NCBI RefSeq assembly: GCF_006345805.1
Contig: NC_043008.1
Location: 15,066,001 to 15,130,000 of the forward strand
DNA from: Octopus sinensis
Taxonomy: Eukaryota
Direction of reading: 5' to 3'
DNA: 64,000 nt
The position numbers were made by a program, and so were the translations under genes. This document shows positions 23,706 to 36,158 of the stretch, in pieces. The notes under the pieces were generated by a model. It saw only the letters and a list, made by a program, of their open reading frames with translations. It was not told the DNA's origin and did not search any database. The first letter of the stretch is position 1, and every line of letters starts with the position of its first letter.

Positions 23706-26501
23706 TACAAACTGACCTTTATTGCAGTTCTATTTGCCGGGTTTCAAATTTCCCAACGTATATATTCCTAGTGCGACCTTGCGTGATATGATATCCACCT
23801 GGTCAAAGTTTATCACACTTAACTCTAAGAAATTAGTTAAATTCAGTCGTATCCTACATTCCGAATACAACGATGACTACCTATGCGGCAATTTCTAATT
23901 GAAGTGTCTTCTATTGAGACAAAGCTATTCATTCTGAGATAAAAGATAACAATATATCCTCGTGACTAATTTCCTCTTATGTATCGAGTAAATATTAGCC
24001 TTGCATAACGGAGAAATTGATTTGTGAACCAATAGCCCTCTCCTGTTAAAAACACAAGGCAAGTCACAAATAGCAATTTATCTCAAGACGTATTAGCCAA
24101 TTATATGTCACTTTGGTTTGTTCCAACCATTATTTACCTATTTGATTTATTAGTGACTTAAAATGGTATTATCACAGCCGGGTCAGCTTTGTGTTAACCC
24201 CGGATCAAATCATAAGATTAAACCGAGCAAGTTTTAGTGATAAAATGCTTGATTAATCGATCCTAAATGAAGTCTGAGAGAAATAATAACAACCATCTTT
24301 CACTCTTTCTATCTGTGTCTCCAATTCTATCTATTTCTCATTCTGAAATTTTATTTATTGATGTTTTAAACAATGAAACGATCAAATATGAATGATTATT
24401 TCGTTTAATTTATGTATGGCATTAATATATTGAACCTAAATAGGATGACTCATCTTAAGCTACCAGTCATTTAAAACATATCTTTCTTAAACCTAACTTA
24501 GGATTTATTGGTCTGTAAGATTTTGTCAAGAAAATTATACTTGAATATTATTTTGCCTAGTATCAAAGAAAATACCTTAATATTGGTTTCAATGTAGACG
24601 CTTCACAGAACCGTTTGTTGTCTGGTTTAAGCATACGGGCCACGAAATCATGTTATATCTTTATGATCGTCTATGTTCCAAATTCAACACCTGGCTGTGT
24701 CATAATTCAATGATACAAATTCTAAGAGTAAATTTTCCACTCATTCAATCTTTGTGTCTGGCTAAATATAATTAGTTCAAAGTCAGTACCCAAACTGTTC
24801 CAGAGTGGAGGACAATTAAACTCCAGCAGTAACATTTGTGAGACCCTGTTATCTTGACCTCTTCAGTCACATATCAAATTGCAAATAACTCTTACTTTTG
24901 GAAAGACACGATCTCTGCACGGAACGTAATATAAAGACTCTGTGATCGAGACATGTCATAACAGACATGAACACAATAGAGCAAAGTAAATCTTAATTCA
25001 TCCTAATCGAGTGAATCTTATAAAAGGATCAATGCTAATGTATCAACGTATATAAAGAAATCTAAGCTGTGATAAGAGTGAAAGAAAAACCCTGATAGAT
25101 TTGATGCGTTATATAATAAAAATGCAGTGTTGCATCGCTTCTTACGTTTCTCCCGTGACAATATGCTTCGACACTTGTAGACGTATATCAGGGAATCCAA
25201 TTAAGAACTATCATGCATACGACAAATGCGTTAGGTAGTCGGTCGCAAACACACAACACACACACATATACCTATGTGCGCGTGTGTGTATGTGTATATG
25301 TATATATATATATATAAATACATATGCATATGAATGTATATGCACACACACTCACACACACGCACACACACACATATGTATGTACATATAGTTATATACA
25401 AATATATATATACACATGTATGCATATGATTATGATGTAAGAATATTGGCAAAAACAATCACGTACAAAAGTATGCCTCTCTATCTCTCCTCTGTATACA
25501 CGCACAGTCGCACCCACATACACACACACACGCACACACACACACACACACATCCTTATAGCTCTCTCTCTCTCTCTCTCTTTCTTTCTCTTCCGCGACG
25601 ATTTTTAATGAACAGTTAAGTATTGAGAACTGGAATCATGAGGGCTGCTGGATGGACGTCGAATGCACGTGAACTTATCTTTATAAGGTTCAGGTTCGTG
25701 TGTCACATAGATAGCTAGAGGCGATGGCCTCTTGGATCTAATCAACGGTAGCATTCGTCCTATATTTCTGGACTTCCATATTAGCTAGGCGATATCTATT
25801 GATATCCAGTACCGCTGTCGTAGTCTCCTTTAGAGAGACTCAGAAATTTTGATATTTCTATTACTCTTATCTTTATTATTTGTTGTATCAAGAAAAGATT
25901 TAATTCTCAAATAACGTAACACACTAAAGAACAAAGGGACATTTGAAGCAATTCACTGCTCTTCGCACCAAATAACGAACCGCACTTGAATATGACAAGA
26001 CACTTCGTAAGCTACAAATGTATATCACTTCAACTGTGGCTGCAATTAAAGCAGAAACCCCGACACCCACGCAATTCTTACATAATCAAACAATAGCAAC
26101 CATGTCATTTACTTCACTCGATTGGTCGATCGTCTGACAATCGATAGAGCGGCTCACAGAGGAAATCATATTGGCATATAGGAAATCATATTGAAGAGGA
26201 TCTAGAACTAGACGAAATGCGTTTGAGCATTTAGATGTTTAGATATATACCTATGGGTAAATTCAAATGGTTGTACAAGCTTTTCCCTGTAGTATATAAC
26301 CGCTACATCGTAGATTTCAACAATATATATGTATATATATATATATATATATACATATACATGTATATAACTATATACATATATATGGATATAAATATGT
26401 GTAATATATATGAATATATATGTGTATATATATAGATTATATATATATATATATACATACAGAGGGTATACATATATTTATATCCATTATATATGATATA
26501 C

Positions 26502-26529
<28 letters not shown>

Positions 26530-26540
<11 letters not shown>

Positions 26541-26721
26541 ATATATATATATATATATAGAGAAGGAGAGAGAGAGAGAGAGAGATACAGATATACATAT
26601 ATTTATTATCCATATATATATGGAATATTTATATACATATATTATATAAATATATGTATATATTTATATACATACTTTTATACATATATATGTGTATATC
26701 CATATGAATTACTTTTGTAAC

Positions 26722-26754
<33 letters not shown>

Positions 26755-26802
26755 ATATATAATATATCATATATATATATATACATGCATATATATATAC
26801 AC

Positions 26803-26835
<33 letters not shown>

Positions 26836-27947
26836 TATGTATGTATGTATGTATGTATCTATCTATCTATTTATCTCTCCCTCTCTCTCTTCTATATATA
26901 TATATATATAAATGAGTATGGGTGAGTGTGTGTGATAAAAACGAATCAATAAATATTACTTATGATGTATAAGCAGCTACATAGTGATAGATAGAAGAGA
27001 TTTATGGGGTTGAACTGTAAAAGCATCATAATTGTAAAAAATGTCACACACACACACACGAACATACATATACATAAGAGACACACATACAATATATATA
27101 CATACATACATACATACATACATACATGCATAAATATATAGCTACCGCCCTAGAAATGAAGGAGACTAAACAGAAAAAAAAAACCCGAAAGTACCAACGA
27201 TGTATTAATGCAAGAATATCACAAAGAGCTGCTGTCAAAAAATTTGACATTGAAGAAGAAAAAACAAAATTATTCACAACCAGAATAAATATAATAAAAA
27301 ACTGCATAACAGCAATAGTTCCATTGTGAAGCTTATGTTAAAGAATATGGAAGTAGATTTATGTTTAGCTTAACGGATTAGAGACATGTGGGTTGTTTAT
27401 GAAGCTGGGTGAATATCGAAACTTCTGAAAGGATGGGGGAAGGAAAAACACCGGAAAAAAACTAAACGGAAAACAACAAAGCACAACTTGCTCTAGTCAG
27501 TAACCTTCTACAGGTAAATGGAACAAAATCAGGAAAGATAAAAAGCAAAAGCCGAACAGCGTTTATACAAATATACATGGATCGGCGTTTTATTGAGTGT
27601 GTGTGTGTGTGTGTTTGTGTTTGTGTGTTGTGTGTGTGTGTGAATGCACGGTTTTGCGTGAGTTTGTGAGGAAAAATGCTTATATAAAGGTGTGTAGTAC
27701 ATGGTTAAATGACTGTGCATATCGGAAAAAACTTTTGACTGTATCTGTCTTTCACACACACAAACACACACACAGACACTCACACACACACACACACACA
27801 CACACCACACACACACACACAACACACACACACAAACACACACAAACATAACACAGAGGTAAACACACACACAACACACTCATACAGACACTCATTCACG
27901 CACGCACTCACTCTCTCTCTCTCTCCCTATATATATGTGTATATTAT

Positions 27948-27992
<45 letters not shown>

Positions 27993-28148
27993 ACAGATAT
28001 ATACATATATTTATATCCATATATATATGTATATATTTATATATAAATATATTTATATAAATATATATGTATATATTTATATACATACTTTTATACATAT
28101 ATTATGTGTATACCATATTGAATTACTTTTGTCACATTATATATATAT

Positions 28149-28208
<60 letters not shown>

Positions 28209-28221
28209 CATGCATATATAT

Positions 28222-28261
<40 letters not shown>

Positions 28262-28308
28262 TATGTATGTATGTATATGTATGTATCTATCTATCTATTT
28301 ATCTCTCC

Positions 28309-28345
<37 letters not shown>

Positions 28346-29233
28346 CATGAGTATGGGTGAGTGTGTGTGATAAAAACGAATCAATAAATATTACTTATGA
28401 TGTATAAGCAGCTACATAGTGATAGATAGAAGAGATTTATGGGGTTGAACTGTAAAAGCATCATAATTGTAAAAAATGTCACACACACACACACGAACAT
28501 ACATATACATAAAGAGACACACATACAAATATATATACATACATACATACATACATACATACATGCATAAATATATAGCTACCGCCCTAGAAATGAAGGA
28601 GACTAAACAGAAAAAAAAAACCCGAAAGTACCAACGATGTATTAATGCAAGAATATCACAAAGAGCTGCTGTCAAAAAATTTGACATTGAAGAAGAAAAA
28701 ACAAAATTATTCACAACCAGAATAAATATAATAAAAAAACTGCATAACAGCAATAGTTCCATTGTGAAGCTTATGTTAAAGAATATGGAAGTAGATTTAT
28801 GTTTAGCTTAACGGATTAGAGACATGTGGGTTGTTTATGAAGCTGGGTGAATATCGAAACTTCTGAAAGGATGGGGGAAGGGAAAAACACCGGAAAAAAA
28901 CTAAACGGAAAACAACAAAGCACAACTTGCTCTAGTCAGTTAACCTTCTACAGGTAAATGGAACAAAATCAGGAAAGAATAAAAAGCAAAAGCCGAACAG
29001 CGTTTATACAAAATATACATGGATCGGCGTTTTATTGAGTGTGTGTGTGTGTGTGTTTGTGTTTGTGTGTGTGTGTGTGTGTGAATGCACGGTTTTGCGT
29101 GAGTTTGTGAGGAAAAATGCTTATATAAAGGTGTGTAGTACATGGTTAAATGACTGTGCATATCGGAAAAAACTTTTGACTGTATCTGTCTTTCACACAC
29201 ACAAACACACACACAGACACTCATACACACACA

Positions 29234-29279
<46 letters not shown>

Positions 29280-29385
29280 ACAAACATACACACAGAGGTA
29301 AACACACACACACACACACTCATACAGACACTCATTCACGCACGCACTCACTCTCTCTCTCTCTCCCTATATATATGTGTATATA
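26530..29385. repeat. Tandem duplication of about 1.44 kb (two copies)
   Basis: atgagtatgggtgag at 26912 and 28347; ctcattcacg at 27891 and 29331; the intervening non-repetitive sequence differs essentially only by homopolymer indels. Confidence 0.95.
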
Positions 29386-29416
29386 TATATATTTAAAAAA
29401 AAAAATTTTTTTTATT

Positions 29417-29466
29417 AATTTATCAAGTTTCAGCTCACGAGCTGTGGCCATGCTGGGGCACCGCCA
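29417..29466 (-). mobile_element. Family B-type 3' tail fragment
   Basis: gtttcag...gctgtggccatgctggggcaccgcc is the reverse complement of the family B tail. Confidence 0.6.
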
Positions 29467-29471
29467 TTTAG

Positions 29472-29503
<32 letters not shown>

Positions 29504-29969
29504 ATATCTGTCTATAGCTATCGATCTATCTATCTACCTATATATCTGTCTATTTATCTGTGGCTGTCTTTCTTTCTCTCTCTCTCGGTCTCTCTCTCTC
29601 TCTCTATCAATGTATCTACCTATCTACAGTGGTCTTTCCTTCTCTCCTGTTCTTCTATATACATCTTGACATTTATAGACATACCTATATACATATACCT
29701 GTATCTGAATATGTATTTATACACATATAGATGTGTCTGTTTGCATAAATATATATATTTATATATATGTATATATATGCTATATATGTAAGCAGATGTA
29801 AATACATACCCACATACATACATACGCACATACATAATACATACACACATACATTGTCAAATCGCACACTGTAATGCTTCCTTTAAAAAAACATAAGCAC
29901 TCATATATCTACACAGAGTGTTATATCAGACCTCCTGTACACGCACATAAGCATACATACAATCCATTG

Positions 29970-29979
<10 letters not shown>

Positions 29980-30029
<50 letters not shown>

Positions 30030-30045
30030 GCATATATATATATAC

Positions 30046-30104
<59 letters not shown>

Positions 30105-30625
30105 ATTATATATAATATATATACATACACATATATTATATATATATATAATATAAATACATGTATATTCTGTATGCATAGGGAATTGAACTGAAAATAT
30201 AAATAAAGGGGGCGGAGTTAAATAAACTGGCGATGTTCTTGAATTAAGTTTTTTTTTTTTTTTTTTAATTCTGTGAACAACAGAGGCAAGAATTAAGAAA
30301 GACTGAGGGACAGATCCGTAGATTTAATACGATTTCTTGACAGCTATGGAAGCAGCAAAGGGAGATAAAGCACCCAAAAGACAATTTAGCGGAGTAAAAA
30401 TTTCATGTGAAGCTAAAAAAAAACGGAAAGATACATGAAAATATAAATTATAAGGAAAAAATGCAAATGAAAGACAAAAGGAAATAGTAACCACGTAAGT
30501 TAAAAGCTTTATGCATTTGTGTATGTGTGGGTGTATGTGTGGGTGTGTGGGTGTATGTGTGGGTGTATGTGGGTGTATGTGTGGGTGAGTAATATTGGTT
30601 CCTCACGTGTGTTTGTGTGCATATA

Positions 30626-30678
<53 letters not shown>

Positions 30679-30751
30679 TATATAATATATATATATACAT
30701 ATACATATATATATATAAATATAAATATATATATAAATATAGATATATATG

Positions 30752-30809
<58 letters not shown>

Positions 30810-30913
30810 AATACATATACAAATATAAATATAAATATATATATATAATTGATATATATGTATGTATGCATGTATATATAAAAATGCATACAATACATAC
30901 ATTGATATATATG

Positions 30914-30965
<52 letters not shown>

Positions 30966-31085
30966 GTGTATATATATATATATGTGTATGTATATATATA
31001 TATATACACATTCAATGCATTAAAATTTTAGACAGCCATAGAGTTATATATATATATAAATACACACACACACACACATATACAT
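29980..31085. repeat. (TA)n/(TG)n microsatellite-rich region
   Basis: Explains the YIYI-type ORFs at 29874-31087. Confidence 0.85.
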
Positions 31086-31579
31086 AATGCATGCGTATAT
31101 GCTTACACATGCACATACATTTATGATTACATACATACACTTGTGCAATATGAAACGTAATTCAATAAAAGCCGTAAAGTGGAAAAAAATTAAAAAAATT
31201 AATTTACGGAAAAGAAAATTCTGTAACAGTTAACCGTTGTGTATAGTTTGCGAACGAATGCGATAGAGAATAAATCAGTTCGTATGTAGTAAGAAGTGTC
31301 TTCTGAACTAATAACAGATCACGGAATACCACTGAGTGCATACCCAGTTAATATGGAGAATACTTACAACCATTGGAATAAGACGAAAAAAGCAAAAGAA
31401 TGTTATGCATAAGACGGGAAATGCGACAAAAAGAGCTTCTTGTTGGTTGAAGAGCAAGAGAGATGAGCTAAGTGGTTGAAATGCGATTTGGGCACCTCTG
31501 CTGATCAGCCAACGTGAAGGTGATACGGTTGAAGTTCGAAGCACGCAATAATCGCTGGATACCGTATGATGACATAAAT

Positions 31580-31883
31580 TCTTCCTGGTTCCTTCTCGAG
31601 CCATGCCTGGCTCATAAGGGCCGGTTTCCTGGTTTCTTTGGCGTATACGTTCCCCACCTGTATGGGACGCCGGTCCGTCGCGGGTGAGCTGCAAGATGCA
31701 AGAAGAAAGAGTGAGAGAAAGTTGTGGCGAAAGAGTCAGCAGAAGTTCGCCATTACTTTCTGCCGGAGCCGCGTGTGGCTTAAGTGTTTCGCTCATAAAC
31801 ACACACCTCACCTGGTCTAAGATTCGAACCCGCGATCCCTCGACCGCGAGTCCGCTGCTCTAACCACTAGGCCATGTGCCTCC
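31580..31883 (-). mobile_element. tRNA-derived SINE: family C head and middle with family D tail
   Basis: Minus strand ggaggcacatggcctagtggttag...gggttcgaatc (A and B boxes); middle matches 49370-49470; tail tacgcca.agaaacc..gaaaccgg.ccc..atgagcc matches 63130-63180. Confidence 0.85.
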
Positions 31884-32503
31884 ACAGATTCTTCTTGGTC
31901 CAAGGCTATATTTATCACAAGCCAACGGAGAGAGAAGCATCATTTAGGTACTACCAATATCGTAGATAAAATATAGACCTATAATCGCGGTACCAACTAA
32001 AGTTGTCCACAGTTTTAGCCCTATTTTAATGCAGTGATTAAAACTTGATTTTACTGCGTCTGGTATAATTAGTGTTGATGCATCGAAGGACATCAGCGAT
32101 GTAAGTGTATTTGTTGACAATTTGTCCAGTGAGCTTGAATGTGTTCCCCAAATGTTCTCAATCTCGGTAGACTGGGAGACAAATCCAGATTAGTTAAATT
32201 AGCTCGATTTCATCTAACGAACGTGCATACAGATTAGGCGTGAAAATAGAATCGAGTTTTTAAAAAATTTGTCCTGGTTTACCAGCCGACATATTTCGGA
32301 AGCTGGCTGTTGTAGCTTCATTGAATCCAGATGCAGTCCTACATGTGAAATTTATCTTATACGAAATTGGACAGGTGTGGGCATTTATGAAGTCTGATGA
32401 CATACTGAGAAGGGGTGCCAACTGGTCAGAGTGTATCAAACCAACAATTGGCAGCAATGGAAAAGCTCCAGTAAACGAAACATAAACAATACAGCATCCC
32501 TGT

Positions 32504-32893
32504 CGCAGGAGTGGCTGTGTGGTAAATAGCTTGCTTATTAACCACATGGTTTTGGGTTCAGTCCCACTGCGTGGCACCTTGGACAAGTGTCTTCTACTCT
32601 AGCCTCGGGCCGACCAAAGCCTTGTGAGTGGATTTGGTAGACGGAAACTGAAAGAAGCCTGTTGTATATATGTATATATATATATGTATGCGTGTGTATA
32701 TGTTTGTGTGTCTGTGTTTGTCCCCCCAACATCGTTTGACAACCGATGCTGGTGTGTTTATGTCCCCGTAACCTAGCGGTTCGGCCAAAGAGACCGATAG
32801 AATAAGTACTATGCTTACAAAGAATAAGTCCTGGGGTCGATTTGCTCGACTAAAGGCATGACCACAGTCAAACGACTGAAACAAGTAAAAGAG
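32504..32893 (+). mobile_element. Family B SINE (full length)
   Basis: cgcaggagtggctgtgtggtaa...gactgaaacaagtaaaagag; closely matches the copies at 13620, 48411, 53962 and 60797. Confidence 0.92.
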
Positions 32894-32974
32894 TTAAATT
32901 CAAAGATTACATAGATGTCTTTAAATGCGCAGTCTTTACTAGAAGGTCTAGCTGTTTGATTCCGACGCTCAAAG

Positions 32975-33300
32975 TATTGAACGTACTTTATTTATTTCAC
33001 GAAAACCTGAGCCTGTTTTTGTTTACTCTGCGATGCTGTTTTTAGCATTGCTTGGTACAATCTGTTTCGAAAATACACCTTTCATCACTGTCATGGATGT
33101 GGTGGTCGTGATGTGATGGTCTATATTTGCTCAGGCTATTCCGCTAATGCGACAATTTTAACTAAACAGAACAAGAGGTTTAACACACTTTCATTTTATT
33201 CATGAAAACCTGAGCAGGTTCATTTGCTCCACCATGGTGGTTTTAATACGTGTGGGTACCGTTGTTTCGCAAAGACTACTTTGATTGCTGTAAGGAGGGT
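32975..33300. repeat. Divergent two-copy direct repeat, period about 203 bp
   Basis: acttt.....tattca(c/t)gaaaacctgagc...tt...ggtac...tgtttcg.aaa.ac..cttt occurs near 32985 and near 33188. Confidence 0.6.
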
Positions 33301-33519
33301 TAATGATAGAGATCCCTTGGTCTACGTTCGCTCAAGCTTTCCAGCAATTACTTGTGACAATTTTAACCAAGGATAGCAATCGGTATTTTTCTCCGACATC
33401 GATGTAAGCACGCCAAAATCTCCACTTGATGTTCTTTGTCGTCTCCAGAACTACAATCAATGCATTCAGATATTGAAGATTCAGGGAGCGGCACATATAT
33501 GCACATATGTTTGCATAAA

Positions 33520-33932
33520 GGCGGCGAGCTAGCAGAAACGTTAGCACGCCGGGCGAAATGCGTAGCCGTATTTCGTCTGCTGCTTCGTTCTGAATTCAAA
33601 TTCCGCCAAGGTCGACTTTGCCTTCCATCCTTTCGGGGTCGATGAAATAAGTACCAGTTACGCACTGGGGTCGATATAGTCGACTCAATCCGTTTGTCCG
33701 TCCTTATTCGTCCCCTCCGTGTTAAGCCCCTTGTGGGTATTAAAGAAATAGATATTTCATCTGCCGTTACGTTCTGAGTTCAAATTCCGCCGAGGTCGAC
33801 TTTGCCTTTCATCCTTTCGGGGTCGATAAATTAAGTACCAGTTACGCACTGGGGTCGATGTAATCGACTTAATCCGTTTGTCTGTCCTTGTTTGTCCCTC
33901 TATGTTTAGCCCCTTGTGGGCAATAAAGAAAT
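33520..33932 (+). mobile_element. Family A SINE dimer (full copy + internally restarted copy)
   Basis: Full copy 33520-33750, then ga, then tatttcatctgccgttacg (33753) through the tail at about 33932. Confidence 0.92.
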
Positions 33933-34111
33933 TAGAAATACGTGGTGATTTCTTCTACATACAAATTGATTCATAATCTTTTCATTGATTGCAAAGCGTA
34001 AAGGATTTCCTTCATGGATTTGAGTGTATTCCAAGTAGTCGAAACCCAATCTCCTACTAAAAGCAACAACAGTTTGGATTTTAAGTTGGGTATACTTTTA
34101 CAAAAACAAAC

Positions 34112-34183
34112 GGTTGATAGTAACTTCGAAGTTCGCTTCCTCGGAATTTAATGGCCAGCGAAACTTCGAAATCACTATCAGTC
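34112..34183. other. Isolated 72-nt hairpin (23-bp stem, 19-nt loop)
   Basis: tgatagtaacttcgaagttcgct (34115-34137) pairs with agcgaaacttcgaaatcactatca (34157-34180): 21 Watson-Crick pairs, 2 A/C mismatches and 1 bulge. Confidence 0.8.
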
Positions 34184-34284
34184 TTCTTATAAAAATATGC
34201 GATATTCTGCTTAGTCGCATTGAGTAAACCACCGTCTTAATGTTACAGTTTCGTTTAAACTACGCATAAAAGCATGCAACATCA

Positions 34285-34286
34285 TT

Positions 34287-34329
<43 letters not shown>

Positions 34330-34346
34330 CCACCATCCTCCTCCTC

Positions 34347-34380
<34 letters not shown>

Positions 34381-34452
34381 CCAGCGTCATCCTCATCAAC
34401 CTGCTCCTCCTGCTCCTCCTCCCCCTCCTCATCATCATCATCGTCGTCATCA

Positions 34453-34523
<71 letters not shown>

Positions 34524-34800
34524 ATCACCATCATCATCCTCATCATCCTCATCATCATCATCATCATCATCATCATCACCATCATCATCCTCATCATCCT
34601 CATCATCATCCTCATCATCCTCATCGTCATCATCATCATCATCATCATCATCACCATCGTCATCCTCATCAACCTCCTCCTCCTCCTCCTCATCATCATC
34701 ATCATTGTCATCATCGTCGTCGTCGTCGTCGTCGTTGTCGTCGTCGCCGTCGTCGCCGTCGTCGTCATCATCACGCTTTTCGGGGTCATCGTCATCGGCA
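34285..34800. repeat. Compound (CAT)n/(CGT)n/(CCT)n trinucleotide array
   Basis: The poly-H/R, poly-M/T and poly-S ORFs are translations of it; higher-order repeat cgtcatcctcatcaacct at about 34385 and 34658. Confidence 0.95.
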
Positions 34801-34938
34801 TTCTCGACAGCGTCCTCCTTTTTCTACTCCTCGTCCCCATCTTCTCCTAAAAATCTAACAATATTAACAGCACCAAAACAAAAGTGTACTCATACATTTA
34901 CGAATAACGTATTTATACATACAGATATACATCCTGGT

Positions 34939-34978
<40 letters not shown>

Positions 34979-35099
34979 TATGTATATACAAACACACTCA
35001 TGCGTACGTTGACATATATACATAGATATATATGCATCTTTCTGTATATATATATTTTTTATAAATATATACATACATAGCCACATCCATACGCAGACA

Positions 35100-35130
<31 letters not shown>

Positions 35131-35252
35131 ATATCTATCTATCTTTCTCTCTTTCTTTCTACCTCTACCTACTTACTTAATCATCTCCCTCCCTTCCTTA
35201 CTACCTACCTACCTACCTACCTATCTACCTACTTAACTATCTATCTACCTAC

Positions 35253-35327
<75 letters not shown>

Positions 35328-35365
35328 CCTTTCTCACTCTCTCTATCTACCTCTCTCTCTATCTA
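35100..35365. repeat. (TATC)n/(TACC)n microsatellite
   Basis: Tetranucleotide runs. Confidence 0.9.
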
Positions 35366-36018
35366 AGCATGGTTTATTAGTTACCGATGCAGATTGTTTT
35401 TCAGTAGCAAACAATAGAATTTGACAAATGGGTATCACAGAGAAAGGGGGAAGTTATACAAGCCACACGTCCTCCTTCCAAATACACGTGATGTTGTTCA
35501 CCAAAGTCTATCAGTATGAAGTACATAGAACTTCCAACTGACTGAACATTTCAATTACCGCCGAATATTACAACGTAATTTTTTCTGATTTTTTTTTCTT
35601 CATGACTGATATATTTCAAATTTTTCCCCGGTTTGTAAGATATCTTGTCGGCATCAAACTAAATGTCAACATGGTTTATAGAAAAATAATTCAAAATACT
35701 AAAGGCCATTATTACAAGGATACACTGGGCTTCTAAGTACACTGAAGAAGGACAAGGGAACCCCCCCCCCAAAAAAAAAACAACAAAATACTTTGCAACT
35801 GCAAATACGACGAGATGTTGACTATCGCTAGATTGAGTCTTGTAATTATATATTTTGTGATTGATAAGTTTTGTTTATATAAGCCGCTGTACATTTTCAA
35901 GCGAGCTGTTTCGAATCCTACCACGGTAAGGTATTTATCTATCATGTATATAAAATTGACGACATCTATACTGTAATAAAGAAAGCCGTTTATTAATTAG
36001 TTTAAAATATCTTTTATA

Positions 36019-36158
36019 TTTTATTTGCTTCAGTCACTTTTGACTGCGGCTATACTGGGGCAACGCTGTCAAAAAATTTTACAGGTGTGCTTCGACCAGG
36101 AATCGAACCTGAGTCTCTCGCACAGGAAAATAACGTTCAACCATTGAACCACCGATGG
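36019..36158 (-). mobile_element. Short tRNA-Gly-like head joined almost directly to a family B-type 3' tail
   Basis: Minus-strand 36158-36088 (71 nt) ccatcggtggttcaatggttgaac...caggttcgattcctggtcgaagca aligns without gaps to invertebrate tRNA-Gly (GCATCGGTGGTTCAGTGGTAGAAT...GGGTTCGATTCCCGGCCGATGCA); D and T stems pair, the anticodon stem does not; followed by gcgttgccccagtatagccgcagtc..gactgaagcaaataaaa. Confidence 0.65.

Noticed and set aside
27126-27329. ORF KETKQKKKTRKYQRCINARISQRAAVKKF in the duplicated segment
   Set aside because: It starts in microsatellite, the two copies differ by a frameshift, and no domain is recognised.
31308-31811. 167-aa minus-strand ORF
   Set aside because: Its first half is the 31580-31883 SINE; the rest has no recognisable features.
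32262-32485. 73-codon open frame ICPGLPADIFRKLAVV...
   Set aside because: No start or splice support and no convincing RT or other motif.
34211-34858. Long poly-Met/Thr (209 aa) and poly-His/Arg (194 aa) ORFs
   Set aside because: Both strands are open only because of the triplet array; there is no domain, splice or codon evidence. The same applies to 43531-44158, 50563-51376 and 6945-7154.
36088-36158. Functional tRNA-Gly gene
   Set aside because: The anticodon stem is largely unpaired, the acceptor stem has two mismatches, and it is followed by a retroposon tail; treated as a SINE head or pseudogene.
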